64,000 bases of DNA from Pecten maximus (lineage: Eukaryota), in the NCBI RefSeq assembly GCF_902652985.1, contig NC_047033.1, positions 23,064,001 through 23,128,000 of the forward strand, written 5' to 3'. The translations under genes and the position numbers were made by a program. The notes below the pieces were generated by a model. That model had not been told where the DNA came from. It made no database searches and was given only the letters and a program-made list of their open reading frames with translations. Of the stretch, positions 1-14,433 are shown one piece after another (the first letter of the stretch is position 1; each line of letters begins with the position of its first letter).

Positions 1-189
1 TGGTGGTTTGTTTACCTTACAAAATATTAGCCAAGGGACACCTACATCTTTGTATCCTTTAAAACTGTAAAAATGCCGCACAAATAATCAAAGATACAAG
101 TCTCATCGTGTAAATATTCAACTAGACTACATTTGTTTTTCTTAGAATTACCTCGCAAAACGACAAATTGTAATACAAGGTTGTGTAAG

Positions 190-475
190 ATGAATGCGTG
201 TAGTGTATTTGTGTGTGTGTTTTGGAAGACTGCGCTATCTTCCTGTTCCTTATGATAGAGCGAAATTGAAGTCGGGTTTATAGTGCTATCTTACTGAAGC
301 ATACTGCCGAAGACACCCAGCAGAGCACACATTGTTCGGTTACATTATACTGGCCACGGTCGAATCAGTTGTCCCGCTTCCGAAATGCAGAGCGCCATGC
401 AGGATTCGTAACTAACATTTCTATAGAATGTGGTGTGTCTCCGCCAGGGGACAGAACCGAGGCAGTGTTAACGGA
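190..475 (-). mobile_element. Degenerate tRNA-derived SINE with Meta-type central domain
   Basis: Contains tttatagtgctatcttactgaagcatactgccgaagacacccagcag...cacattatactg, homologous to the copies at 17873-18120 and 33204-33420 and resembling the reverse complement of the MetaSINE core. Boundaries approximate. Confidence 0.6.
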
Positions 476-2578
476 GATATTTGGAAGAGGAAAGTAAAGA
501 CAGAGAGAAAAAACACTCCCAAATTTAGTCGCCTGTCACAATCATGCAATGGGGGCATCAGACATTTTCTTAATCCCTAGCAGCTTGTAGGCAAGCAAAC
601 ACGTACAGTACAGCAATACGTAACATGGAAGATATAACATTTTCCAAAAATAATATTTCACAAACAGATTAAATGTTTAAAGACATGTACATCTCTTTCC
701 GGTGTTTCGTTCGCAAGCATGCCGTAAGACTCCCGAAGACTGATCCCTCTCCACGGCGAGAACTAATTACGGCTCAGAAGGTCTTAGACTGGGAAACACT
801 ATTAAAGCATAGTGCTTAATGCATTAGCATTTGACCTGGTAGCTGGACTAGAAATACGTACCACGTTTATAAATTATAAATATTTCCCAATAATGTTGGT
901 ATCAAATACCGTTATTGCACTTGCTTCGGTTTAAACTTGGCACGCTTACAATTTGTTGCCTGGTCATGATTCAGCAAACATCATAAACTATATGGATTTG
1001 GCAGTATCATGGTAAACTTTAAGGTAATTCTGTATAACCCCATTCCCTGGAGAAGGTGACATTGATGTTAACTGTATACTAATCTAAGTAATTCAACGTA
1101 ATAGTTAACTTTCCAAATATGTAAAACATATCTGCAGGTATCAACATCGGTAAAATGCAAATTGAAAGAAAAGTGTTACAAAGTTAAACAGTTTAATTCG
1201 TTTAGCTTAATGAGGCGACAGATAAAATTGATCATAATTACATGTTTACAGTGTTGATAAGGTTATTCGTCCAATTTACAAAACAACACTATATGACCTT
1301 TCATAGAGTGCAATACTAAGAGCTTGGTCATTTAACAAGCAGCCAACACTGTATGAGAGATTCAACAAGGTTTCTATTCGTATGGTTAAAAACTGGCATT
1401 GTGAAGAGTAGTTGAAAGAGCAAATACACCAGTTAAAGGGGCAAAGCTCATCAGGAGCTCTTCAACAACCGACGAAACCGGCCGGACTTGCCCAGGGCCA
1501 CGTACGTGAGAGTCGCGTGAGAGTGTTTATACGAAACACGTGCTTACAGTCATACAATGTTTGAAAACCACTTCTTATTCTAATGTTGTATGTATAGGAG
1601 TAGACAGGGCTGTGATTTGTGTGTTTACCCATACTGATAGCAGAGATAGTCGGAAAACAAACGTTCGCCAGAAGATTACTGTATCTACTGAATATATATA
1701 GACAGTATATAATCTGTCTTTTGGAAGGAAAACCTGAATGGTGTCTGTAATCCTGTAAAGGCACATGAAGTCTTCTCTACACTTAAGTTGTTATTCTCGC
1801 CTTCATTTACCATTAAGTCAGTTTCGCTGCTGGTGGGACAAAGAGATCTCGGGTGAACCTAAAACTTAGCGATATATCGACATGATATTTAAAATGTTTA
1901 CTTTACCTGGGGGATGCTTCTAATTTTATTAATTGTACTCAGCACTGAGCTCTGATTTATGTTTTCGAAAAGATATGGATATGACTTGGATTTCAAATTT
2001 CTCATTTCCGCGACTTCGATACTTTTGCCCTTTACACGAGTATTCACATAATTTTGCTATTTACTATGATTGACATATTGCGCGAGCCATATTTTTTTAA
2101 TTGTTTGCCTTTATATTTATATATCGATATTTCTCGAGTTACTCAATGAGATGACATTCCCTATGTATTCCAAAAAAATCACCTGTAGGACAATCCCTAG
2201 AAAACAATGATTAAATATGATGAAAAGATACAGCTTGCTTTCAAACGAGGTACAAGGCATCCATTATTTTCGGACAACATGCGTCGGTTAAATAAACTAT
2301 AAAACAAAATGGAAAGTGACAATGTTTTACTTCATTTGACTTACTCATCATGGTACCGTACGAACACAGTCATACCACCCACGCTACTGATGTAAGGATG
2401 AGCTTCAAGACAAAACGAACAAACTGGTGTTTTTGTTACTGCTTGGAGCTGGTTGGTGGTCAATAGGATTGTAATTGGAAAGTGTGCCCCAACAACGAAT
2501 AATTGATTAGAATAGCATCACAAAAATAACTATCTAAATTCCTTCACTTAACATGACAGGAAGAAAATGTATTTTTAT

Positions 2579-2779
2579 ATGATGATCCTACACAGACGGG
2601 TATTTGTTTAAGAATCAATGACGATCCTAAAAAGAGGAGTATCGTTTTAGAATCAATGACGATCCTAAAAAGAGGAGTATTGTTTTAGAATCAATGACGA
2701 TCCTAAAAAGAGGGGTATTTGTTTTAGAACCAATGACGATCCCACACAGCCGGGTAGTTGTCTTAGAACCAGTGACGAT
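2579..2779. repeat. 38-39-bp minisatellite, about 5 copies
   Basis: Unit agaatcaatgacgatcctaaaaagaggagtattgtttt recurs at 2611, 2649, 2687, 2726 and 2765. Confidence 0.9.
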
Positions 2780-5700
2780 TAACGCGGTATACATAATTGC
2801 AATTATAAAAAACTTTACTATTGTAGTAATTAAAATAAAATAACTAAATGGATAAAATAACTTATTTATAATTTTGTTTACGTATCAGCTTTAATTTCAG
2901 ACAATCTCGAGCAACATATCATATTTCAATATATATTTGTAAGCAAATACATAATCTGTATCTCCATAAAATGAAGCACGAGATAGCTTTACCAAATACT
3001 CTTTTCCAGAAACACACACTTTAAGTGTTATACGTATACAATGTATTTTGAGAGATTACGATTGGTGAACATAACGTTGTCACTGACACGGTTCTCACTT
3101 TGACTTTACTGTACGAAATCTTCCTTGAATCAGAAAATTGCTCACCCTCCTGAAACACCTAGCTCTACTTTCCGTTGTTCGAGAGTACTGAGGTAACAAT
3201 CAGGTAAGTCATTTGAGTATATCACTAATATCTAATGATTAATTCAGTATTCCCTACAATTGCAGATAACTTAGGTAGGACACTTAATTGTGTTTCACCG
3301 TTTTAATACTTCAACGACAAATAGATCAAAGATATGTTTATTTTATGTCCTGTTTTAGGTCGAACTCTCTAATGACTTTTCCCGTCGTAGTGAGACGGGC
3401 GTCAGTAAGCATTTATATTTTTTATTTCTCCGCAACAATTGTACCAATTTCAATACCATTTTTCAGAGACTTTCCATAGCCATAGGTCAATCAAATTTGG
3501 GAATTATTTACCAGAATAGTGAATTTGATGACCATAGGGTCTTTCCTTTCCCGTAGGGTAGCTAGGAGTAAACTTTGCTTTAGTCTATATAAGGGAACTC
3601 ACAATTTTGAGGATCATATGTTGAATGGCCGTTTGAAGTAATTTAAACATGGTTAGAATTTAATAGTATGGAATGACAGTTTGATAGTATGCACATATTG
3701 GCCCTAATTGATCCCTTGGACTGATGGACGGGTTGAAAAAAGAACAAACTGATTGAAATATATAATAACTCGGGTGGTCGTTAGAGCCCTTTGACCCCTT
3801 ATATAATGGAACCTTACTCTAACTGTGCAGTTAGATTTGATAATATCATAGTTTGAAAAGAGAGAGTGTTACTCGCATAGTATCTTTATTTCCATTTTTG
3901 ATATTATGATATATAATGTCCTCTCTCTTATGTTCCCCAGTCCGTAGTGACAAATACCATAAAATAGCAAAAATACCATATATTCTATACAAACTGGATC
4001 GTCAGATATCTGAAATTATTCAGAAAATTATCATTTTTAAAGCGAAACAGTTGTTCCGACGTCCTGTCAAGCATCCGACTATGTAACGAATACGGAAACG
4101 TTATGTCAACAATGAAAAATTATGTGATGTCTTGATGTTTCTAGGTTCAGATCAACCTGAAATATATTTGAAATATATCGTAACACTGATGGAATAATTT
4201 AACGTCTATACGAGATAGACTCATATATTAATGGATGACTGATGTGGCCCGAACTTCAGATAGAGTTTCGTCCTATAAATATCTTTATCATAATTCAGTT
4301 AGAAACTGAATGAAGACAAATCACAGTATAACAGACGGTAGGTATATCTAGATTAATTGCTATAAATGTCCTGTATTCACATACGAATGACTCATGTACT
4401 TGTGCTTTATGTGTGTTAACGCAAAGATATCATATTACCATGATAGTGTCAATCATCTGATTTGTAACATAACCCTGATGAAAGGTTCCAACACATATCT
4501 TATCTCCTGGACGGTTATCAGGTTAACGAAAAGTAAATGGAGTAGGTGAAAACTGTCTCTTGTGATCGTTCATAAGTAAAACAGATTTTATACTGCTGAT
4601 AGGAACTTTATCCATCAATCAAAAAGGTCGAAAAATTCAGGGGAGATGAAGCATTGAAGAAGAAATATATGCGTATTCAACAATGTCTGTTCTGTTTGTT
4701 AATTGATTGTTTGTTCATTATATTCATGAGCCATTTATCTTGAAAACTTTTCGAAGTTATGAACTTTATGTAATGAATAACTTATTTTTTGCGATATTTA
4801 TCAATCATATTTCCCCATTATCGATATAATACTGTGACGCCATTTACTCATGGCGTCAAAATAGTGTTATTGCATGTAGGCCTTTGTAAAGAGAAGCCAT
4901 TTTTGTGTTTCAGCTTATATCGAGTACTTTTTCTTGACTTCGCGTATAATGTGTTTTAGTCTTGTGTGTTAGTTTCAGAACTAAAACACCCATGCGGCAC
5001 CAAAATATATCTGTATTTTCGGAGAGTCCATTATTCAAGAGGTGGGCGGAAATTGGTACAAAAAAACACCGACAGTTGCCGAGTGAAGCGAGAAGTGGTC
5101 GGAGCTCGCCATCTTTGCAGAGCTTCACCTCGGGAAATAGACTTGGCCTCGGGAACCTTGACACATGCTATATCCCACGACCCTATACAATACCTGCATA
5201 ATAACACTTTAGGAAAATGAATTTGAACGATTTTAATATTTTCCAAAGGATTGTACAAAAGTAACGCAAGAGAAAACAACCTTTATATATATTTGAATTT
5301 AATATCAGATTGAGTAAATGCAGAATGATGAAACTCTATAATTCAGTTGTTGTATACTTCTAGGACTCCTCCGTACTCCAAAGAGTCAACCTCTTGTTGA
5401 GATCCAGAAGGGTGTATTTTAGGATATAGAAATAAATACCTTTCCACAAAATATACAAACATACATTGTCTTATCGAAATGTAAAGCCAGCGGTCATCCC
5501 TAACGATGTGTATATTGGAGTAATTATCCATTGTTAAAGGCCATTATCACGACATATGTCTGGACTAACTCCAGCGCAGCCACCTTGTGATACGACTATC
5601 GATAACGTTAGCTTTAGGGGCGCGTGGCTTTCTAAGAGAATCGTTATAATGACTTGACACCTTAGTATTGAGATGCCAGATGGTTACTCGCCGGACTTAG

Positions 5701-8489
5701 TCCCGGTTTGGTCATTAACACCGTAAAGACTTTGAGTTTCAATATCCTGAACCGCATCCGAATTATTGACTCAACCAAAGGTTGCATTCGACGCAAATGT
5801 AAACAGGATTGCTGCTCTTGTCTGACGTACAAATTCTTCGAAGATTTTTACCTCTCATTTCTAATGTGATATCTCATTTTGTGTCCAGCATCAACTGCCA
5901 TGTATTGGTGTATCCTTCCAGTCCCAAGCATATGTCAACCCAAGGTAAACGACTCAGAAGGTTTTCTGCACCAAAGTTCTCACAATAATCACTGCCAGAA
6001 CAATAGCCGTACGCTTATAAGTCGACATACAGTATCTTGCACATACATTATTGTTACATCGGCTGAAAGTATTAACTTAGATGCTAGTTACAAATTACTC
6101 ATAATCATAGAGTAAATATGCATTGTGTATGTCAGGGTTTCAAAATTATTTATAATTTGATGAATTTATTCAATTTCACACAATCACATGCATGGTATTA
6201 CATCTTTCTTCCTAATATTGCTGTGTTCTGCCCCTTTGTAATAGTTTACGTAATACGATTATGCCAATTAATCAGATAAATGATGGACTCGATTGATCAA
6301 TGATGGAAAATGAAGTCTTATGTAGAATACATAATGACTATTACAATCATGACTTTTTCTTATTCATAGCTAGAGAATGGCAGTTATATTGGTGGTTTAT
6401 ATGAAAGTTTCTATAAGCCGAACCAAGCAGCATTGTAGTTAGAGCTGGGAAATGTAATGAAGAAGTCGCGGGTATATTACTTAAAAGTGTCTGTGCCGAA
6501 AGATGAATAGGTTCTCGGTAATATACAAAATTAGAAAATTATCTTAAAAGACATTGAAGTATTTGATAACGCTAAAGGAACGAAGCCGTAATAAAGCACA
6601 TTAATTCTACATCATTTATCCTATAATAAGAGACACTTTCTGTCTATCTACTGTCTAAACTAATCCAGACCTCCCTTAGCTATCAAGGATCATACAGATT
6701 TAAAGTAGAAAAAAATCAAGAATAATCACCAGATGGTAAATAACTTATTCACACGGATACAGTGTATAATAGTAGTTAAGTGATATTGCACCGCTTTTAA
6801 TTGCATCGCTTTGACTATTGTGCCTTTCCGGCTTCATTTGATCAATGATATATTCGTTAAAACAATTCTTTTGTTGAAGAAACTAAAATTGTTACTTCTC
6901 GAAACAAGGGCTTTAAAATTAGATAATAAATTCCATAAAACAACGATACGACATTTGATTTTGCAACGACATTGAAATATCAACTGATACGACGAAATAC
7001 CAGCAGGTCATAATACTAAATAGTTCACACAGAATTTACTTTATGTTAAAGAATAGCAACAGAAAAATAAAAGTACATGTACGATACCCTATTAGAAACG
7101 AAAGAACTTACTTCAATAATGGAAAAAAATGCTGCGAAAATAATACTTTATATTGTTCGATTCAAATTGTACAAATATATTAACCAGAAGTATTTTTTTC
7201 TAGAATGTGATTGATAATTGCATTCGGCTGTAGGATAAGTGTTGGTATTCAGTATATGGTATTTTAGTTTTGCAGAGACAATGCTGTATTTCAGTAAGGT
7301 AATATACGAAATAGGAGTTGAAAGTGTAAATTGTGTCGCTATAGAACAGGACGTTTATCACGAGTGTCGACGCTTGTAGATCATTCTCGAATTTAAAAAC
7401 ACTTTACCAACGTGATGTAATAAACACCACAGACGTCAAGCTAGATTGGTTCGATCGGCGTGATAACTGATTTTATATTGTCGAAACAAACCTGTTACAA
7501 TCTACAAAAACACGGTTTATCACACAAAGAACAATTAAATAAACTTAATAAGATTTTACAAGGTATGTAATATTGATTTGTACTTAAATTCGAATGCCAA
7601 ACGGAATATTAACCACTTACCTTTTGTTGACATCCAGATTGTTAGATATATCTGATAAGTAAATAAAAAGATATGGAGTGTGGATCCCTGCTATGACCAC
7701 TTTCGAACTGATCAAGTTTGGATGTACTTCCAGTTATGGAGGTGATTAAAACACAATCAAAAGTGACATAACAACAAGTATATGGAGACAATTACAAATA
7801 AATTGCTTTATAACAATTCGACACTGGTATTAAACATCTGTTTTGAAAATATTCTCTGATAAAATGCGTAACCCATGATGTGTTTAACACGTGCAAAAAC
7901 CTGCTGTTGAAATTTTATACATTAACGTACTCTTAACAAATAAACGATCACATGGGTAATTAAATCACAATCCTGATGTAATCTGTATGGAATGGTAAAA
8001 TGATCACCACTGTTGAATTGTTTCATCCTCGTAACAATGTACACCAATAATGATGCTGGGACAGCTTAACGTTAATTTAAATAGAAGTGCATTTAAAGTA
8101 CACTTTTTGGCATTGGGTTGGCGGGTGAACGAAACAAAGAATTTCTTCGCTGCTTTACAAGGATGTAAACTGTTTTTGCTGGTCGTTCATATTTCCATGT
8201 TTGATGATTTTATTTCTTTTGTAGAGTTTTCTATTCTTAACAGCAGCTAAGGAATTATATTTATGTATATAATGATCATAGATAAACAATAAAAACATAA
8301 ACTTGTAGTGCCATCATTCTGGAATATTATTACATTTAAAGAGTAAAATTACGCCCCGCTGACTTAATTAATGGCGCCTTGTACCAGATCCTACATGTAT
8401 ATACACAGGGACAGGAAATGTAAATTAATCGGAGCGTATTTTGAATTATCCGTATGAGTTTAAAAATGTAAAATAAATGCAAACTATGT

Positions 8490-8704
8490 TTATCTTACAA
8501 CAATTGCGAAACAAGTTATATCAACTTATATTAATCACGCTTGTTGGCCCCGGGCTGAAGCGGGAGGGGCCTTACTGTGTGAGGAAACCGGAGTACCTGG
8601 GGGAAAACCACGTTGTCAGGCAGATCTTACGCCCGATCGGGAAATCGAACCCCGGCCGCCTAGGTGAAAGGCAAGCGTGTTGCCACTGTGCCACCCGACC
8701 ACCC
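8490..8704 (-). mobile_element. tRNA-derived V-domain SINE (family 2)
   Basis: Reverse complement reads gggtggtcgggTGGCACAGTGG (A box)...GGTTCGATTTCCC (B box)...gtggttttcccccaggtactccggtttcctcacac (V-SINE-like core), then a 3' tail different from family 1. Confidence 0.8.
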
Positions 8705-8755
8705 TAAATGATGAGAATACTAAACAGTGTAACAGTATGATACTAGGTTTAGGGC

Positions 8756-8825
8756 TAGTCCGAATTTCCTCTGGCCCTGACACCTACACCATACATGGTG
8801 CCAGGGCCAGAGGAAACTCGGGCTA
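8756..8825. mobile_element. 70-bp hairpin MITE with TAG...CTA ends and 9-bp TSD (AcademH-like non-autonomous element)
   Basis: 29-bp inverted arms 8756-8784 and 8797-8825 (3 mismatches), flanked by the direct repeat gtttagggc at 8747-8755 and 8826-8834. Confidence 0.7.
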
Positions 8826-8912
8826 GTTTAGGGCTAACCATCGTTCGATGAAAATGATCAGTTCCTCGCCCTTTATTGTACAATATTCCACCGTAGGAAT
8901 CATATTGTAGAA

Positions 8913-9131
8913 GGGGCCGCGGTGGCCGAGTGGTTAAGGTGTCCAACACTTTAACGCTAGCCTTCCACCTCTGGGTTGCGAGTTCGAAACCTACGTGGGG
9001 CAGTTGCCAGGTACTGACCGTATGCCGGTGGTTTTTCTCCGGGTACTCCGGCTTTCCTCCACCTCCAAACCTGGCACGTCCTTAAATGACCCTGGCTGTT
9101 AATAGGACGTTAAACAAAAACAAACCAAACC
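8913..9131 (+). mobile_element. Full-length tRNA-derived V-domain SINE (family 1)
   Basis: ggggccgcggTGGCCGAGTGGttaagg (A box), GAGTTCGAAACC (B box), core ggtttttctccgggtactccggctttcctccac, tail gaccctggctgttaataggacgttaaacaaaaacaaacc. Near-identical copy at 45135-45355. Confidence 0.9.
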
Positions 9132-10104
9132 TAACTCCGCTCACCTGCCTCATGATTACCAGGTAAAAACTACACATTCATCAGAGTTTCAGAATACTTT
9201 AAATAGTTACTATTGTCCCTGTTGCAGTGAGTATATTCGTCCCTCAGAGTTTGGTGACACTGCAGTTGCATAACAAGAATAAATTAATTTAAGGATGTTT
9301 TGCCTTAAGTAAAACCTTAGATCAGATCGACTGTTGAACTCATTCTTGATTGTAAAACATCAGCGCCAATGTAAACCTATAACAAGGAAGTAGTGTATGC
9401 ATTATTTGATTATCGTTTACCAAATTCCTGAAACTTGATTTAATGCGCTTTATACATTTAACCCTTAAATACATATAGTTTATCCAGTACGTTAACATCC
9501 GCCTAGTAATTCAGGATGTTTCTTTACATTGCAAATGTGTAGAGGCGGACGAAAATATGTTGTTAAATCATATTGAGATAACCTCAGAAATGGCAAAAAA
9601 ATATTAATAGATTGTATCTGAGGATTTAAGGATATCCTTTCCATTGAAACAAAGAAACTGATGGGAGTAGCACGCCATCCTACCTGACACGTTTTAAACA
9701 TGGCTTTGTGTCACATTTAGAGGATAAAAGCAAGACTTAGTTTCATTTCAAGCGTCACTCCACTCATAGGTCTAACAAAGAACAATAAGATACAGATAAT
9801 GGAATACTTGGATTCAACACCCGAGCTGATGTATACACCAAAATGGATAATGCTCTGAGAGTATAGCTACTGATTAAGTTGTAATTTACACTAGTGTGAT
9901 AGTTTCCGTAAATTTTACATAATGTTCAGACCTATTGTATACCACATTTAAGCTATATTGAGAACACGTGTACTCATATCATATTATAAGGTTAAAAGCA
10001 ACCACAGATAAATTGAATGTTACAACATTTAGCCAGTAAGAGCAAGACGTCCTAAAGTACATATGTATGAAAAATACATTTAATATATATATAACCTAAA
10101 ATTA

Positions 10105-10500
10105 TCTATGTGATAAACAGTTATATCACAACTGCTTGTATTATCAGCTGTGATAACACTGACGTAACTTTTCTTTTTGACCAATCAGAACTGCTCTTTC
10201 TATTCATCACTTTGTTTTTTTTATAAAGTACTCGCTTAAGAACAGTTTTGCAAGCCATTCTCATCAAGTAAGGGTGACATCACTTTTCTTTTTGACCAAT
10301 CAGAACTGCACTTTCCATTCATCATTTTAGAATCCGCCAACTTATAATTTTTCTGAACGTTTTCATTATTTCATAAACTTCTCGCTTAAGAACAGTTTTA
10401 TAAGCCAGTCTCACCAAGTAAGAGCGCAAAACGCACAAAGATTACGCTACGGCCATTTTTCAACGCATAGAGTTTTGTGTTAATTTTCATCTTTGAAATA
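10105..10500. mobile_element. Probable non-autonomous DNA-element relic with an internal duplication
   Basis: Starts with a small hairpin (tgtgataaacagttatatcaca). The blocks acttttctttttgaccaatcagaactgc and ctcgcttaagaacagtttt...ttctca each occur twice (about 10167-10272 and 10282-10421). Confidence 0.4.
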
Positions 10501-12459
10501 AAATGAATGAAAAAATAAACGTTTTCCCATTGAATATCACAAAGATTTCTTGACAGAATCCTTCACAGTTTGATAGGTATTCTTTATTGCTGCTTATTTT
10601 ACTCAAACTTGTGCGTCTCTAAATAGCGACCAGAAAATCTTTAAAAAATCATAATGTTTAGATCATAAATTAAAATGATGTTCTTGCACACTCACATCAG
10701 TTAAATGGAATTTGTCCACTTTTTAGAGTGTCAATTCAATTATTATAGAATTAAGGATGTGGAAACATTAATGAATGCGGTAATCAATGGAGGTATTTCC
10801 ATTGTCCAATACGTGTATATCTATTACATTTGTTTAATAATACTTTAAAGTTCTCGCAATACACGAGATCCCATGAAGTGGATGTCCAGGAAATATGGAG
10901 CTCGCCGAGTATAGTGCAATCAAACTGCTATACCACAAAAGTTTGGTTTGGTTTAAAATATTTTTGTAATCTATCGACAGCCTCTCACGCGTGCAAGATG
11001 CCCGCTTGTAGCGTGTTTGTGGGGGTTTTCCTGGGGGGTTGGGGGGCTGCAATATATTCCTGTTTTTCCGCACTCCTTGCAGTTCCCACAATACAAACTC
11101 CCGATTATAATTTATAATATTGAAGGCTATTTAGATTTTCATCACATTAAATGGCATATTTTTTCACTGCTTGTATTTCACATAGACTTGGCTCAGATAA
11201 TAAAAAAAAAAGTTGAACCTTTCAGATTTTAATGTGAAATATTGAGCAAAAAAGAATAGGTATGAGCTAAATGGCAATCTTGAAGAATGTAAATCGACGA
11301 ACTCATACTTACTAATTCAGTTGTAAAGTTTAAAGTAATACTACAGGTGTATAATGCCCCCAGCGATACTGGGCTATTGTTAGTAATTAACCACGAGACG
11401 TTCTCCTCGTAAATACAAGTATTTTTGTTTTCGCTACGTCTATAGAAAATTAGTTTAGGATCTTGTTATAATATTTCCTTGTATACATACCTGTATATCA
11501 TAAACGATAAAAAGTTTTCGTTTAAACTTAAATAGATTTACAAAATGATAAATAACAGCAGGGCTAATGAACTCCGAAAATAAAGTTTAAAGAACAACTG
11601 TTAACTAGTCGTATTTATAGCTCATTATTGTTGACCCTATCCACCAAGGTTGCTCCTCAGCAGTTGTTGTGATCATAGAGATACCTGGCCACTGATATAT
11701 TACACAATTACGTAACACAAACCAGTGCTGTGTCTAGGGTCTGACGAAGATACAGTTCAGTCAGGCATCCAGATAATGATTTACTTCTACCTGCCAAAAC
11801 TTCATGTTCTTTTCCATAAATTGTATTATTGAAGATATATCTCGATTGATAGCATGCATCGATCAAACGATAGGCGAACCTGTAGAGATCACGTGATTTG
11901 ATCTAAGGGACATAAATCTAAACGTGCCTTTATGACGAGCACAGGGTTCCATTCTGTCCTAACCCTTGTTTATCTCTAGTAAACCAACCTGTTACATGGA
12001 AAGTTTACAGACACAACCGCCGCTGTTTTAATTGAGGAAGTCACCTGTTCACGATTATGTATGGGATATATTAAACTCTCCCCTGAAAGGAGAGGCTATT
12101 TTTACAGAGGTTTGGTATAGGAGTAATTATTCCATTTTACAATAAAGTAGGCGACTTAGTACCGTCATGAAGGACATATCGAAGTAATTAATCAAACATT
12201 CCTGTGACGGAACACAGCGATGCAGTTTTTATAGGTGCATGATTTATTTGCGTGCGCACGCGCCAATCGTTCCCATAACATTCCAGTCTGTTCAGATCTT
12301 ATTATTTCTTTTTCCTATTTTTACAACAAAAAACAAACAAAAAACAGTTTTACTGAGCCTTGTCGTCTCTTGCAGCAAATATTCATGAAACTCTATATAA
12401 CCGGTGATACATGGCCAAAGCTATCATGTTACTACACAAGATATTCTTTATTCAGAGCA

Positions 12460-13382
12460 CCTTTCTTCCATCGTCCATCCTTCGGGCCGGTCGGCCATAA
12501 AAAACTTATTGTCGATATGTCCAAGGGATCTTTGTGGATTTTACGTGTGTGTTTCCCTTATCACCTCGTTGTGCATTGTTTTTTCTATTTTCAGATTGAT
12601 CCAAAAACAACATGCGAACAGACGCTTGTCGAAGATATTTCTCAGACAGTACTAAAGGATCTTTCTCAATTTTCATTTTTAGGTATTCCTTGGTCCCTAT
12701 ACAATTTTGAGGCAAAATTAGAAAACAAAATGTTCGAGAGGCAGCCATCTTGGAATTTAGACTGTTACAGATTGTTATCACTATAAGTATTGGGGGATAT
12801 TTCTAATAATTTGAATGTATGTGTCCCTTGGTTCCTAGTTTTGTCCGTTCAACTTGAATCTGACCAAATAACAAAGAGGCCATATCTTCAATTTGTTGAA
12901 ACATATTTTTCAAGCTTGAGAAAAAAGTTTTTTGTTGGTTCCTATATATGGCCCTATAATTTTGAGTCTGAACCGGGGAACATCTTTGTTTCTGAGAGTT
13001 TGTTATCGCAATAGTACTGGAAAGATTTTTTCACATTTTGTCATATGTAGATTTGACTTTTCCCTTGTTTTGTTCATTTATTTCGAGTCTGATCCAGGAC
13101 AGAAGGCGGTTGACAGTCGAATCTTAGTCTGCTATTTATAATTCACAGAGATATGTCGTAGATTTCCCTTATCTCAAAATTCATATGTTGTTTTCCCTTG
13201 GTCACAAGGTACGCCCTTTTGATTTTTTGTTTGATCCAGAAAACAAAATGGCTGATAGTTGATTTTCTAATTCACAGAAAGTATTTTCAATGCGTTCATA
13301 TGTTTGTTCTCTTTGTTATGAAATCATTAAAGTAGAGAGAAGATCACTGATGGGCGTAATGATCCTTCTTAGATCTCTTGTT
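12460..13382 (+). mobile_element. Degenerate Helentron-derived (HINE-like) element
   Basis: Decayed internal repeats (aaaacaaaatg...gacag/gatag; aaggatctttctcaa...) and a HINE-type 3' end with short hairpin then tcttgtt (gatccttcttagatctcttgtt). The 5' boundary is uncertain. Confidence 0.5.
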
Positions 13383-14433
13383 CTATAAATGTACGGAAGC
13401 GACCAAGCATACATAAACAAGTTTGACGAAAGTTGGATTTGATTTTTGTAACAATAAACTGATCATAACCAACATAGCCAGCGGAAACCTAAATTTATTA
13501 TTATTTCTTGTGATATAAAACCGTATATATGAAAACATCATGTTAACTGATAGCGAATTTAGAGACTCTCACATGAGTGTCATGTATTATTGAATTTTTA
13601 TGTGAAACATTAAAGAAAGTTTAGTCAACTAAATACATAGAACTTACGTTTTACGCCTAGATATAAATCGGTTTATTACGCTAAAGCTTTGTGAGGAATC
13701 TCGTTGAATATACCAGCAAGGGCCCTCAGAAAATCAAATACATATCGACGATGGAAGGTGTTCAGCGAGGGATGTTGAATATCTCTCAGACTTCAATGAT
13801 ATCAGTTACCACGGATAGCAACAGGAAAAATAAATTTCTCAAATTTATCTTATCGACGACCAAGAAGCAAGACGATTGAAGTATTTAAAATTACGAAAGG
13901 TAGATATGATATGCGGCTAGACACTTAATGGAGCCAAGAAAAAAATTCAAAATCGAGTCTCGTTGAAGAGGCTCAAACCGCTAACTATTCAAAATATCAA
14001 TCAGTTTGGTTTTTTTTCAAAATAGAAAATTGTAGTTTGTGAATGATCAATTCAATAAAAAGTAAGTCACCTGTAGAATCGTAGATTTACTTCGGGTGAT
14101 GACCTTTGAAGAGACACCATTTGATCTAGGTTCCCGATTGTAACACTGGTATCTTAATACACTCTTCTTTATACTAACCCAGCTGTTACGAGAGAGTTTA
14201 ACATCGTAACAAGAAATATAATATAGGTTAAATATTTACAGAGAAATGCCGATTTGTACTGCAGTGAGCGGATAGGAGGTTAAGTCGCACAAGTATTACC
14301 AACGTTCCATAAGTTAAAATTTACCATCGGAAATCATCAGAGGTAAGACGTCTTACGATAATTACACATTCAATGCTTTCCATGTAAATATATAAATTTA
14401 AGAAATTATATTGCTGAAACTTTGGCCTGGCAA

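Noticed and set aside
4470-4535. Hammerhead ribozyme core (CTGATGA)
   Set aside because: No properly placed stem II-GAAA-stem III. Other CTGATGA/TCATCAG sites inspected (about 1449, 14334, 20762, 34490, 37521) also fail.
8913-9000. tRNA gene
   Set aside because: A/B boxes are present but the sequence continues into a SINE core and tail and is multicopy; it is a SINE head. The segment at 61318-61406 likewise lacks a canonical cloverleaf.
12235-12786. 183-aa ORF
   Set aside because: Overlaps a decayed HINE-like repeat, has a non-ATG start and shows no recognisable domain.
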